The notes under the pieces are model-generated. The model did not search any database. It had not been told where the DNA came from and saw only the letters and a program-made list of their open reading frames with translations. This document shows, in pieces, positions 48,646-58,258 of a stretch of DNA of 64,000 nt (its first letter is position 1; the number at the start of each line of letters is the position of its first letter). Source of the DNA: Macrostomum hystrix (Eukaryota; Animalia; Platyhelminthes); the NCBI GenBank assembly GCA_950097015.1, contig CATNEN010000015.1:1178001-1242000 (forward strand). The letters run 5' to 3'. Position numbers and translations under genes: made by a program.

Positions 48646-50328
48646 TTATTTGGTGGTGTGTTTTGTGGTTTGTGTCTCGGCATGTGCTGTTGCAATGTGC
48701 GTGTTTGTTGTTTTTGTGTGGTCTGGATTCTGTAACGTTGGAAGGAATGTAGTGTCGTTAGTGATGCGTTTTAAACGTTGAATGTGAACGTAGAACTGAG
48801 GTTGATGTGGATCCTGGATATTTGCAAGGCGTGCTGTTGTTGCGGATATCAGTCCTGTTACACGGAAAGGTCCTTTGTATTTGAAAGCATGCTTGTGCGT
48901 ATGCTGTGCCGGGTAGTGTAGGTAGACGATATCTCCTACTTGTAAGGTAGAAGCATGATTACTTGTTGTAGGTACGGTAGATTGGTTGTCGAGATTATGT
49001 TTTGCAATTTGCCATGCTAGGTGTAATTGAGAAGTGAACTTTTGTAGCGTCGTCGGCGTGTCAACATATTGAGATGGCAGTAATTTCTGGACTAATAGAT
49101 TCGGTGGTTGAAAGTCTCGAGAGAACATCAGAAAGAATGGTGTGTTCTCTGTTGAGCGATGAACTGCGCTGTTGTAGGCCATTGTCACGGATTGTATGTA
49201 AATAATCCAATCTTCAGGTTGTTTGTAAACAAAGTGTGTCAGCATTTCATGTAGATTTCTGTGAAATCTTTCGACGAGGTTTGCTTTTGGATTATATGTC
49301 GAAGTGAATATTTGTTGAATATTCAGTAGTTTGGCGGCCTGTTGAAATAACTGCGATGTGAACTGTGTACCATTGTCAGATGTTAGCGTCTTAGGAGTTC
49401 CGAATTTGCAGATAATTTCATTATAGAAGGCCATTGCAACTGTTGTCGCTGTGATGTCAGGTATCGGAATGGCAACGGCGAATTTCGAAAAAACATCCAA
49501 GGCTGTAAGAATGTAGTTGTAGTCGATAGAGTGTTGTCGAGCCGGTGGTAGTGGTCCGGTAATGTCAATTGACACTGTGTCCCATGTAGTTGTCTTCGGC
49601 ACTGATTGGAATTCAGGTTTTTGTCGTCTTCCGATTTTTGTTGAAGCACATGAGTGACATTGTGTGCAGTACTTGCGAATGTCTAAATTCATTGTTAACC
49701 AAAAATAGAACTGGGCGACTCTCTGGATTGTTTTCTTGGCGGATAAGTGTCCTGCTAATGGACTATCATGGAGTTCGTGTAGGATCGCTGAACGGAATGT
49801 GTATGGTAGGTACAGTCGCGGAATATTGTTGTACACCCAGTAGAGTGCGAGTTCTCTGAAAACTAGACTATTTTTGTGTTTTCGTAAGAATTGTTTTTCG
49901 ATTTTTGTAAGTTCATTTTCCGTTTCTTCTGTATCTTCTTGTATGGCTTTGTAAAAGGAATCGTCTTGTTGTGCTTTCAACAAGTCTTTTATGGTTGGAA
50001 TTGGATGAACTGCATTGATCTCGTATGTTCTGGACAGTGCATCAGCGGCTTTATTCATTGGCCCTGGTTTGTAAACCAGGTGAAAGTTGTAGTCCTGTAT
50101 TTTGAGGACCATTCGGATAAGTCTATTGTTCGTCTGTCCTTTTGTTTTAACAACGTGAGTCAGCGGTGCATGAACTGTGCGAATGATAGTTGGCAGTGGT
50201 GATCCATAGATGTAGTAATGGAATTGTCGAAGAGCAAACAGAACAGCTAGTAGTTCTCGTTCAGTGGATGACCATTTCGTTTCGTTTGGTCTATCGTTTG
50301 GTCTATTCGTTTGGTCTGATGTAAGCAA
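48646..50328 (-). CDS. Pol, RNase H C-part plus integrase (frameshifted from RT)
   Basis: TERELLAV, ADALSR, HDSPLAGH..CTQC, VSIDITGP, SDNGTQF, LVERFHR, GPF. The RNase H TDH motif reads TVH. Confidence 0.93.
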   Translation of the reverse strand: MLTSDQTNRPNDRPNETKWSSTERELLAVLFALRQFHYYIYGSPLPTIIRTVHAPLTHVVKTKGQTNNRLIRMVLKIQDYNFHLVYKPGPMNKAADALSRTYEINAVHPIPTIKDLLKAQQDDSFYKAIQEDTEETENELTKIEKQFLRKHKNSLVFRELALYWVYNNIPRLYLPYTFRSAILHELHDSPLAGHLSAKKTIQRVAQFYFWLTMNLDIRKYCTQCHSCASTKIGRRQKPEFQSVPKTTTWDTVSIDITGPLPPARQHSIDYNYILTALDVFSKFAVAIPIPDITATTVAMAFYNEIICKFGTPKTLTSDNGTQFTSQLFQQAAKLLNIQQIFTSTYNPKANLVERFHRNLHEMLTHFVYKQPEDWIIYIQSVTMAYNSAVHRSTENTPFFLMFSRDFQPPNLLVQKLLPSQYVDTPTTLQKFTSQLHLAWQIAKHNLDNQSTVPTTSNHASTLQVGDIVYLHYPAQHTHKHAFKYKGPFRVTGLISATTARLANIQDPHQPQFYVHIQRLKRITNDTTFLPTLQNPDHTKTTNTHIATAHAETQTTKHTTK

Positions 50329-51850
50329 TCGGTTTTTCTTTCTTTGGTTCCATTTCCTGAAGTAGTACGGCTCCTAATCCGCTTCCTGATGCGTCTGTTT
50401 CTATGATAAAAGGTTTGTGGAAGTTCGGGTGTTTGAGAAGAGCATCACTAGTTAGTTGTTGTTTGATTCTATCGAAACTTTCCTGTTGTTCCGCTTTCCA
50501 GTTGTCTTCTTTCCACTTTGGAATTTTTAGTAGTTCGTACAATGGTTTAGCCGTTTGTGCAAAGTTAGGTAGGAATTTTCGGAAATATTGTGCTAGTCCA
50601 AGGAATGACTGCAGTTTGGTAATTGACGTAGGTTTCGGGAACTTCTTGACCTTGTCGACGTTATTTGGGTCAGGTGATATGCCTCGTGATGAGACGTGAT
50701 GTCCAAGATATCGGACCGAATCTCTGCAGAATTTACATTTTGTTGGTTGCAGTTTTAGACCTTGTTGTCGGAGTAAGAAGAGAGCTTGTTCCATGACTTT
50801 TACTAGTTGTTCAAAGTTATTTCCAAAGGCAAGAATATCATCAACATAGTGAAGCAGATTTGTACATCCGGCTAGCATATAGGCTGTAAGACGGCTCATT
50901 GTTGCTGGTGAGTTGGAGATTCCCATTGGACTTCTCTGATACGCGAAAACTTCTCCTTTGTAAGTTTTGAAGGCAGTGTATTGTTTTGATTCTTCTTCAA
51001 GTTCGATTTGCCAGAATCCATGTCGTAGGTCAAATACGGTGAAGAGTGTCGCCGTATTGAGTCGTGCTAGCAGTTCTGAGATTTTTGGTAGACTTTGTTG
51101 ATCGGTGGGAATGTACTTATTTAGGACTCGGAAATCACAGACGAGTCGTCTTTCGTTTGTTTCTTTCTTTTCGACAAGAAGGCAAGGTGAAGAATAAGCT
51201 GAGACGGTACGTTTTATGATTCCTGCTTTAAGCATTTTTTCTATGATTTCATCGAAGTGTTGCTGTAGGTGTTTAGCGACTGGATATGGTTTACATTGGA
51301 TTGGTTCTTGATGAGGTAGCAGTTCAATTTTTTGCTTGATATCTCGAGCACATCCGATGTCGTAATCGTGATGACAAAAGACGTCGTTATACTTCCACAA
51401 TAGATCTTTAACTTGTGTTTTTTGTCCTTCAGTGATTGGACTTTGAGAAAGATCAATTTGTTGTAGGAATTTTTGTTTAGACATTTTTGTTGTTGTCTCT
51501 GGTTGGATGAGCATTACCGAAGCTTGTGTGTTGAGATGTCCCATGCATGTTCCTGCATAGATTTTTACTGGATGTTGATTTGGATTTATAATTTGTACTG
51601 GGATAAGGACTAGAGCCGTTGGTATTAAAACTTCTTTTGTTGTGAGGATCTTCTTTCTTGGTTCAAATATCATAGCTTCTTCGACATCGTCATGATTGGC
51701 GAGGTATGCTTTAACCCAACATGTACTTTCCGGCTGTATGAAGACATCTTGTTTAATATGTACTTTTGGTTGAAGGTGAACTTGGCTGACTAAAGGATGT
51801 TCCACATTGTCCAGTTTGAATGTTTGTTTGTTGAAATCAAATGTTAATGG
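50303..51850 (-). CDS. Pol, dUTPase-like spacer plus reverse transcriptase plus RNase H N-part
   Basis: SAYSSPCLLVEKK, RLVCDFRVLN, FDLRHGFWQI, PMGISNSP, YVDD, ETDASGSGLGAVLLQ. The frame extends upstream as PLTFDFNKQTFKL. Confidence 0.94.
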   Translation of the reverse strand, partial: PLTFDFNKQTFKLDNVEHPLVSQVHLQPKVHIKQDVFIQPESTCWVKAYLANHDDVEEAMIFEPRKKILTTKEVLIPTALVLIPVQIINPNQHPVKIYAGTCMGHLNTQASVMLIQPETTTKMSKQKFLQQIDLSQSPITEGQKTQVKDLLWKYNDVFCHHDYDIGCARDIKQKIELLPHQEPIQCKPYPVAKHLQQHFDEIIEKMLKAGIIKRTVSAYSSPCLLVEKKETNERRLVCDFRVLNKYIPTDQQSLPKISELLARLNTATLFTVFDLRHGFWQIELEEESKQYTAFKTYKGEVFAYQRSPMGISNSPATMSRLTAYMLAGCTNLLHYVDDILAFGNNFEQLVKVMEQALFLLRQQGLKLQPTKCKFCRDSVRYLGHHVSSRGISPDPNNVDKVKKFPKPTSITKLQSFLGLAQYFRKFLPNFAQTAKPLYELLKIPKWKEDNWKAEQQESFDRIKQQLTSDALLKHPNFHKPFIIETDASGSGLGAVLLQEMEPKKEKPIAYIRPNE

Positions 51851-53640
51851 TATAGATTCATTTGCCGAAATGTGTCGATTCCAATAATAACATCTTGGCT
51901 TGGAAGATGGTCAATAACAAATGCTTGTACCAGAAGTTGCTTGTTTGCAAGTTTAAGTGATATATTCACTTGTCCTAGGATATTAAGTGCATGTCCTCCG
52001 GCTCCGGCGACAGCGATTGAAGAAGGTCGCATATGAAGTTGCAATTTGTCGTAGAGTCTTTTTGTGATGACTGTGATTGAACTTCCTGAGTCGAGAAGTG
52101 CTTTACTGGGCATGTTGTTTATAAATACTTGAGCCATCGCTCTACCCATATTGGCTTGCAAGGTGCAAATGTAATTTGCTGGCCATTTTGGATCCGTTGG
52201 TAGAGGAGGAGATTTCGGCGGAGGTCTCACTGTTCTGATTTCAATTTTTGGGTAAATATTTGATCGTTCTGGTTCTGGTGCTGTTGGCAATAATTGTTTT
52301 CCTTGATCTTGTAGTATAGTTTCTTCAATTTTTTCGTTGGGTGTAGAAGTTTCTTGTTGTTTGTCAATTTGGAAAATCCGTTGTTTTGCTGGATAGGCTC
52401 GTGCTACACATCGTACTACTGTGATAAAGATCATTAGTGCAAGGTGAATCCATACAATGCATGCACTGGAGAAGATGAATCCCTGATAGTAACTTCCTTT
52501 TCCTTGGAGTAAATCGAGAAAGCTATTCGACCAAAAGGATCCTATTGCGTTATGTATGATGAATCCTGTCGAAAAGGATTGTTCTTTGTCCTGCTGGTTG
52601 TGTTGGGTAAAGAGCTTGTTCATCATCTGTCGTTGGGCAATAAAAACTTGAAGAAAATCATTAATTGTCCATCCTGGTGTGATTTCGTCAAGTTTGATGT
52701 CACCAAATGGTTTATAGGTGGTCTTATTTATCTTGAGCTGTAGGTCCGATAGTTCGTATGTTTCGTCGATAATAGCTTGCATACCAGTGATGTTTGTAAT
52801 GTGCCCAGTTGTTGAGACCTTGTGTAGTTTATTATTAATGTTGAAATAGTTGGCTGCGTCAGTGCAGGGTCTCGGGATTGCAGTTCCAACAATTATATTG
52901 TGCACAGTATCTAGAAATCCTTGAATTCGTTTCCCATTGTAGTAAGCTTCGATTCGGGGTTTATCGTAGCACGTAGTTGATGTGTTTGATGGCAAGATAT
53001 TAAAATGATGCAGTGGCACACATTTGTAAATCAACAGATGGCCAGAGATGGGGATAGCTAAAGCATCTTGAATCCCTGTGATTTTTCTGAATGTAGACGT
53101 TGGATTGACATAATAGTTTTGTCGTGCATAGTTAAGTGCAGTTTCGTGCATTCTACAAGTCAGTTGGATCAGTGATTTGTGCAAGTAGTTTAGTTCTTTA
53201 TGTAGGTTATGTTCCATTGCTGCGAGTTTTGCCGCTAGTAGTCGTGCAGAAACCATTGATGGTCTTTGTAGTTCTCTCCTTTTCCGAGCTGTGTTGGTTC
53301 TTGTTGAATAAGTAGTACCATTGACCAGTCTCATAAAGGTATCCTCATCCATATCACGTAATTCGAGCGGTATCTCTTGTTCAGACACTAGAAGTTTTTT
53401 AGAGTTCTCCTTGCAGTTAATTTGGAGATACTTGGGTTTTTTCGGAAAAGTTAGGGCAAAATCCGACGTACTCGCAAGGAAGGTATTTGACAGTAGATTT
53501 CCTTTTATTGTATGGTACTTCTGGAATTTACAATCAATATTCGGTTCAACTTTCCATGCAACGAAGTATTGTCGTTGGTATCCTGTAATCTCATAGTATG
53601 GGCTGTGTCGATGTTCAATTTGCCATCTGTAATTTTGATG
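51844..53640 (-). CDS. Envelope C-terminal part, TM helix, PTAP tail and aspartic protease (frame open from ~53640)
   Basis: Upstream of the tracked ORF the frame reads HQNYRWQ..YFVAWKVEPNIDCKF..ALTF..INC; furin-like ARKRR; NPTSTFRKITG..ALAIPISGHLLIYKC..CYDKP..GFLD..II..PC; TM YQGFIFSSACIVWIHLALMIFITVV; protease ALLDSGSSITVI...VIIGIDTF. Confidence 0.85.
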   Translation of the reverse strand, partial: HQNYRWQIEHRHSPYYEITGYQRQYFVAWKVEPNIDCKFQKYHTIKGNLLSNTFLASTSDFALTFPKKPKYLQINCKENSKKLLVSEQEIPLELRDMDEDTFMRLVNGTTYSTRTNTARKRRELQRPSMVSARLLAAKLAAMEHNLHKELNYLHKSLIQLTCRMHETALNYARQNYYVNPTSTFRKITGIQDALAIPISGHLLIYKCVPLHHFNILPSNTSTTCYDKPRIEAYYNGKRIQGFLDTVHNIIVGTAIPRPCTDAANYFNINNKLHKVSTTGHITNITGMQAIIDETYELSDLQLKINKTTYKPFGDIKLDEITPGWTINDFLQVFIAQRQMMNKLFTQHNQQDKEQSFSTGFIIHNAIGSFWSNSFLDLLQGKGSYYQGFIFSSACIVWIHLALMIFITVVRCVARAYPAKQRIFQIDKQQETSTPNEKIEETILQDQGKQLLPTAPEPERSNIYPKIEIRTVRPPPKSPPLPTDPKWPANYICTLQANMGRAMAQVFINNMPSKALLDSGSSITVITKRLYDKLQLHMRPSSIAVAGAGGHALNILGQVNISLKLANKQLLVQAFVIDHLPSQDVIIGIDTFRQMNLYH

Positions 53641-56242
53641 ATGCTTCGTTCAAGAGTTTTGCTGTTTCGCAGAACCCTGTGTTGTACTTGCAATCTTCCA
53701 TTGATAATTGTAGAGATTCCATGTTTTCAAATGGATTGTGGTAAAACAAGACTTTCCGGATTAAGTAACTGTTTGTCGTGGTGTAACGTGGCCATATGTA
53801 TTCGTTCCAATGGACATATCTACCGCTCGCACTGTTCTTGGTCCTGAAGAGTTGAGAGTTTCCAATTTTTTCATCGGCATGAAGTTCTCCATCTTTAGAA
53901 AATAATGTTTGGTTCCACTGGAGGCATTCTTCTTGTGTGACAGGCAGTGCTGTTTGCCAGAATCGGATGCGATTCCATTGGATGTACCAAACCTTTTCTA
54001 GTTCATGTTTGTCTCGGAAGCAGATAATACCATATTGCCTATGTTTCTTTGTGTTTGCTTTGTAGACATCGATCGTTAATGGAATAGGTTTTGTTTGATT
54101 AGTTTTAAAGTAACTGCACTTGATTTCCGTTGGTATTTTGTAGATGACTGGTTGGATGTTGGCATCAGTAGGGCAAATCATGGGCACTGAAGATGGTACA
54201 ACTGTCGGGAGAAGTAACATCACGATGGCTGAAAACAACCATCTTATCAGTATGTGCCGTTTCTTTTTCTTCACTTTGGTTGGTGGTGTCGGTTTATTGG
54301 TGTTTATTGAGTATCGTTGGTCTTCTGTCTCTCCAATTGGTGGAGTAAGGCGCATAGAAAAGTGCCATGGGTTGTTGCATCCTGATGGTCTGGTTTGTTG
54401 GTTATACCAGGTTGGTTGTTTCATATCGAATGTTAATGGTGTATTGAGAGTTTGCAGTACGGTACTTGTAGTATCCGTTCTCATGTCGATCCACGTTGTT
54501 GGTTCATCATAGATATGATCGTCATCATTTTCCATCGACGTATTGTAGTCACTTTTAGTCTGAGAAGATCTATCGTGCTTCGAGTAGTATGATTCGGTAT
54601 CCACTGCTTTATCGTGTCCATTCTGTCCTTCAGATGAATTGACATGGGTTATGTTTTCGTATTCGGGATCAGGTTTGTACTTGGGTGTCGAAGGCGGTGT
54701 CTCTGTCAAGTCGATGTCATCGACTAAAATTTGTAGCATGCTGATGCTTTCTTCAGACGTGTTGTGTGAATTTTTCGCACTGTGGTCCTCATTATTCCTT
54801 TCTGTGGATGTGGACAATTTATCTATGCCTTCTTTGTTTTGCAGAATTTTTGAAAGATCACTCATCGTTGGAATTTTAAATAATCCTTTGATTTGTTGTT
54901 GTAATTGTTTTCGTTCAATGTGTTGACAGGTGTTGAAGGCAACACTTTCTCTTGGCGAGGGAATCGATAATTCTTCAAACAATGAACCCATTATGCAGCT
55001 GCTGTCGTTGCTTGTGTTGTCGTTCTGTATTTCCTGTGTTGACTCATTGTTGTAGTAAAAATTGTTTTTTTCTGTATCCTCTGTTTCCTTTTGTGGCATG
55101 GGCGGCTCTTTCGAATGGTCGCTTTCGATTATAGTAATATAGGCTGCACCCTCGTTGTCCAGATGAAGGTCATTGATTTCTTGCTCCTTTTGTTTCTCAA
55201 GTTCATCAAGAACATTGACGGAAAAGTCTGGCATAAGATCTTCAATCTTGAACTTTGGCTCAATAGCTTGAGTGTATTGTCGACGGACTTGCGTTGGTTG
55301 TCTTGGAGGTGGAGGATTTCTTTGTTGACGATAAGGTACGATGGCATTAGATGGTCTGCTATCTTGTTGTCGACTATTTGTCCAATTACGGTTTGAAGGC
55401 TGTCTTGGAGGATGAGTCCAATTGGTCTGTCTATTGTCATTGTATGAACGTGGGTTGCCACGTGATCTGCAGTCTCTAGCATAATGACCGATCCTTCCAC
55501 AGGTGTAACAAGTTGATGTGTGCAAGTATCTCTGTTGTGGTTGTGGATAGGAATATCTCTGCTGCTGTGGTACAATAGCAGAAGTTTGGTGTTGCTGCAT
55601 GAGTTTGCTTAATTGTTCTGCTAGTTGTGTCGTGTCACTATTATGAGTAGTCATAAGAGGTGCGCTAGCTTCCCATTGCATTCCACAACGGAGCAATTGT
55701 TCCTCTGTGTTAATAGTTTCTCTCAGCAGTCTATCTCGCAAAGTAGGCTGTGCGTTGTTAATCACATGAAGTATTAAGCTTTGTTCCCGGTCTTCAAGAC
55801 GTTGTCTTTCTCGGGCAGCTGATTCGGCAGGTCCTATAGGTTGAGCTCCTTGATCCAATGGTGGAGGCTGATGTAATGCTTTGACGATCTTACGTATGTC
55901 ATCAACAAAGGTGAGAAAACTCTCAGTGGGACTCATTTTTCGATTATGAAGTTTATGAAGGAGTACCGATCTGTTTGTTCCACATCTTGCGAATTGTGCT
56001 CTCAGTTGGGTAACTAGAGCTTGATAATCTTGTTGTACTGCAGCTGTCAATTTTCCATAGATTTCTCGGGCTGTTCCTTGTAACAGTGGAGGTAGGAGGA
56101 GTGCTTTCTCTGCATTCTGTAATCCATATTCGCGTGAGACCAAATCAAAGTGATCAATGAATGTGTTGAAATCTTTATCCATTGTATACGTTCCGACCGT
56201 TTCCTTAATGTCACGATGGACCTGATAGTTTCTTCGTGCCAT
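53615..56242 (-). CDS. Gag (capsid-like, CCHC knuckle) fused through a long spacer and internal signal sequence to the envelope N-terminal part
   Basis: ATG 56242 MARRNYQ; FIDHFDLV..LLLPPLLQGTAREIY; CYTCGRIGHYARDC; KKKKRHILIRWLFSAIVMLLLPTVVPS/SVPMICP; GIICF..WYIQW..PVTQEECLQW..DCKYNTGFCET. Confidence 0.88.
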   Translation of the reverse strand: MARRNYQVHRDIKETVGTYTMDKDFNTFIDHFDLVSREYGLQNAEKALLLPPLLQGTAREIYGKLTAAVQQDYQALVTQLRAQFARCGTNRSVLLHKLHNRKMSPTESFLTFVDDIRKIVKALHQPPPLDQGAQPIGPAESAARERQRLEDREQSLILHVINNAQPTLRDRLLRETINTEEQLLRCGMQWEASAPLMTTHNSDTTQLAEQLSKLMQQHQTSAIVPQQQRYSYPQPQQRYLHTSTCYTCGRIGHYARDCRSRGNPRSYNDNRQTNWTHPPRQPSNRNWTNSRQQDSRPSNAIVPYRQQRNPPPPRQPTQVRRQYTQAIEPKFKIEDLMPDFSVNVLDELEKQKEQEINDLHLDNEGAAYITIIESDHSKEPPMPQKETEDTEKNNFYYNNESTQEIQNDNTSNDSSCIMGSLFEELSIPSPRESVAFNTCQHIERKQLQQQIKGLFKIPTMSDLSKILQNKEGIDKLSTSTERNNEDHSAKNSHNTSEESISMLQILVDDIDLTETPPSTPKYKPDPEYENITHVNSSEGQNGHDKAVDTESYYSKHDRSSQTKSDYNTSMENDDDHIYDEPTTWIDMRTDTTSTVLQTLNTPLTFDMKQPTWYNQQTRPSGCNNPWHFSMRLTPPIGETEDQRYSINTNKPTPPTKVKKKKRHILIRWLFSAIVMLLLPTVVPSSVPMICPTDANIQPVIYKIPTEIKCSYFKTNQTKPIPLTIDVYKANTKKHRQYGIICFRDKHELEKVWYIQWNRIRFWQTALPVTQEECLQWNQTLFSKDGELHADEKIGNSQLFRTKNSASGRYVHWNEYIWPRYTTTNSYLIRKVLFYHNPFENMESLQLSMEDCKYNTGFCETAKLLNEASSKLQMAN

Positions 56243-57813
56243 ATTCGCAACTGGGAACGGAAATAATTCAAGTTCTGGATCGATGTTCAAGGGTTCGTCC
56301 AGATTGACTTCTCTGACAAGATTTAGTGTGAATAAAAAGTGTGTGTGTGTGTGCGTGTGCGTGTGTATCAGCAAATTGAAAATGGTTTACACAGAGGAAT
56401 TATTTACTCAGGACAAGGGAGAAAAATTTATACAAAGCAGGGAACGTGTGCCGCTTTTAACGCTGAAAAGGGGTTATTGAAATGTGAGCCGGTGAGTTCA
56501 GTCGCGCGATTCCCAGGTGTGCAAACAATAGAGCGAAGTGACGCGTGTGGCTTATGTGCAAACAATATCCGGTAGGGACAGCAAAATTTTTCAGAGGGAT
56601 GACGCAACAAAATTTTTATGAATTTGTGGATCAAAGGCAATAATGATGAGTTGCAAAAATTGTTTCTTTTTACTTTTTCGTTAAAACGATTCAAGAGTTG
56701 TAACGCAAAAAAATTTAGTATCTTGGCCTGGGCTTGATTGCAGGGCCTGGGCGAGATCACCAGTTGAAGAGTTTTGCGTGTTGATCAGACACACGAAACT
56801 CCCACTTCTAGACAATGGGGAACAATTGCCTAGGAATTTATAACAGTCACGTGACACTTACTGCAATTGCTTCTTCTTCCTTAAGTAGTTCGTAGTCTTC
56901 TGGGTCCTTGTAATCCGGTAGTTCTTCTTCTTCTTATTCTGGTCGACCGTGAGGTTTCGAGTCTGTGTTTCTTGAGTCTTGGTAGTCTTGTCTTCTTTTG
57001 TCTTCCTGGCAGCTGCTTGAGTTTGTCTGTTGGCCAATAAATGACGAGAGCGAATCAGATTACTTGACGGTTTCCTCGAGCTCGGAATTCACAATAGAAA
57101 CGTGCGCCCTAATGAACAATTGAAATCTCTCTTGTGTCTCTCTAATAGGTCCTCCTGAAGGGCGTCTTCTTCGTTACCTCCGAAAGATAACGGATAACTC
57201 AAATCAAATCAATCAATAATCCTCTAGGAATGTATCCTAGGAAACAAGGAGGCCTTTCTCAAATGTATCGACGATATGTGGCTCTCGTAAACTTAATTCA
57301 ATTCAACAAGGATCGCTAGCGATAAATAACTCTGTCTAGTAAAGCGCTTACCACTTGTCTTTCCCTCAGAGATGAGTCCTCTTCTTCGTAGGGTGTTTTG
57401 AAGTCCGGTGGACCTCTCCGAGTCTGAATTTTTAGCTCGGATTTTCGCTTGTATTTATAGTAAAATTTTGGGGAAAAACCGGTTCTACTACCGGGTGTTT
57501 ACATTGGGCATACATGTTTGCACAGTGAGGTCAGACTTGTTTGATCAGCTGCGTTTTGGGGGGTTTTCAGGTGAACATTACCATATTTGGAATATTGTGT
57601 AAATACAGGTGCAGAAACCGATGAGTCATGTTTGCTTCAAGTAAATACAGCTGTCGAGAACCAGTTCTCCGATTTCATGTCAGATGACTTGCTTCAAAAA
57701 TAGCGCATGACTCATTCCTAAAAATAGATTAAACATTATAGCTAAGGTTTCCTTGTGACATTACTTTAAGTAGCGCGTTAAGTAAAAACATATTTTACAA
57801 CTCTCTACAGCGC

Positions 57814-58250
57814 AAATTGAGTTGTCTCTGGCAGCAGCGGAGAAGTTTAATTTTATGCAGTCCTTGACCGATTTCTCAGCTGCTGCTGATCACAGCTCCA
57901 GCAGAAGCCGCACTGAGCGGAGAGTCAGCAACTGGGAGTCTGTCCACCATGACATGTAGCTCGATTTTGGTGTCTCTCTTGAGGGAACGAATCCGTTTGG
58001 ATTGAAATGGACCACCACCCACCTGTCTTCAAATCATTCGAGCACGATATGTTGCTGTGTATGTCATTGTCGCTGTCCATAGTGGAGAAGCGCGCTCCGT
58101 TGTGGTACTCCATAGAATCGAATCCGACAGTGGACCTGTCCCTCAGCATCTCTCGGTACGTCATCTCATATTTGGTGCTGGAGTCTCATCTATGGCCGGC
58201 TGCGTACAGCTGTTCAGTCCATGGACTGGAGCCTGGGGGGACGCCCCACC
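57814..58250 (-). pseudogene. FReD paralog fragment (last exon and 3' flank), 5'-truncated and frameshifted
   Basis: MTYREMLRDRSTVGFDSMEYHNGARFSTMDSDND..SC..GGWW parallels 24488-24850. The segment encoding FNDCNY is deleted. DNA similarity to 24400-24800. Confidence 0.85.
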
Positions 58251-58258
58251 CAACTGGA

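Larger units (their letters stand above)
45828..57809 (-). mobile_element. Envelope-bearing Ty3/Gypsy element (11,982 bp). LTRs 45828-46871 and 56765-57809, 4-bp TSD GCGC
   Basis: ~1045-bp LTRs with about a dozen differences by eye; TG..CA ends; TSD at 45824-45827 and 57810-57813; PBS-like TGGTGATCTCGCCCAGG; PPT AAAAAAGGGAGATA. The flanks rejoin into FReD-paralog sequence. Confidence 0.96.
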
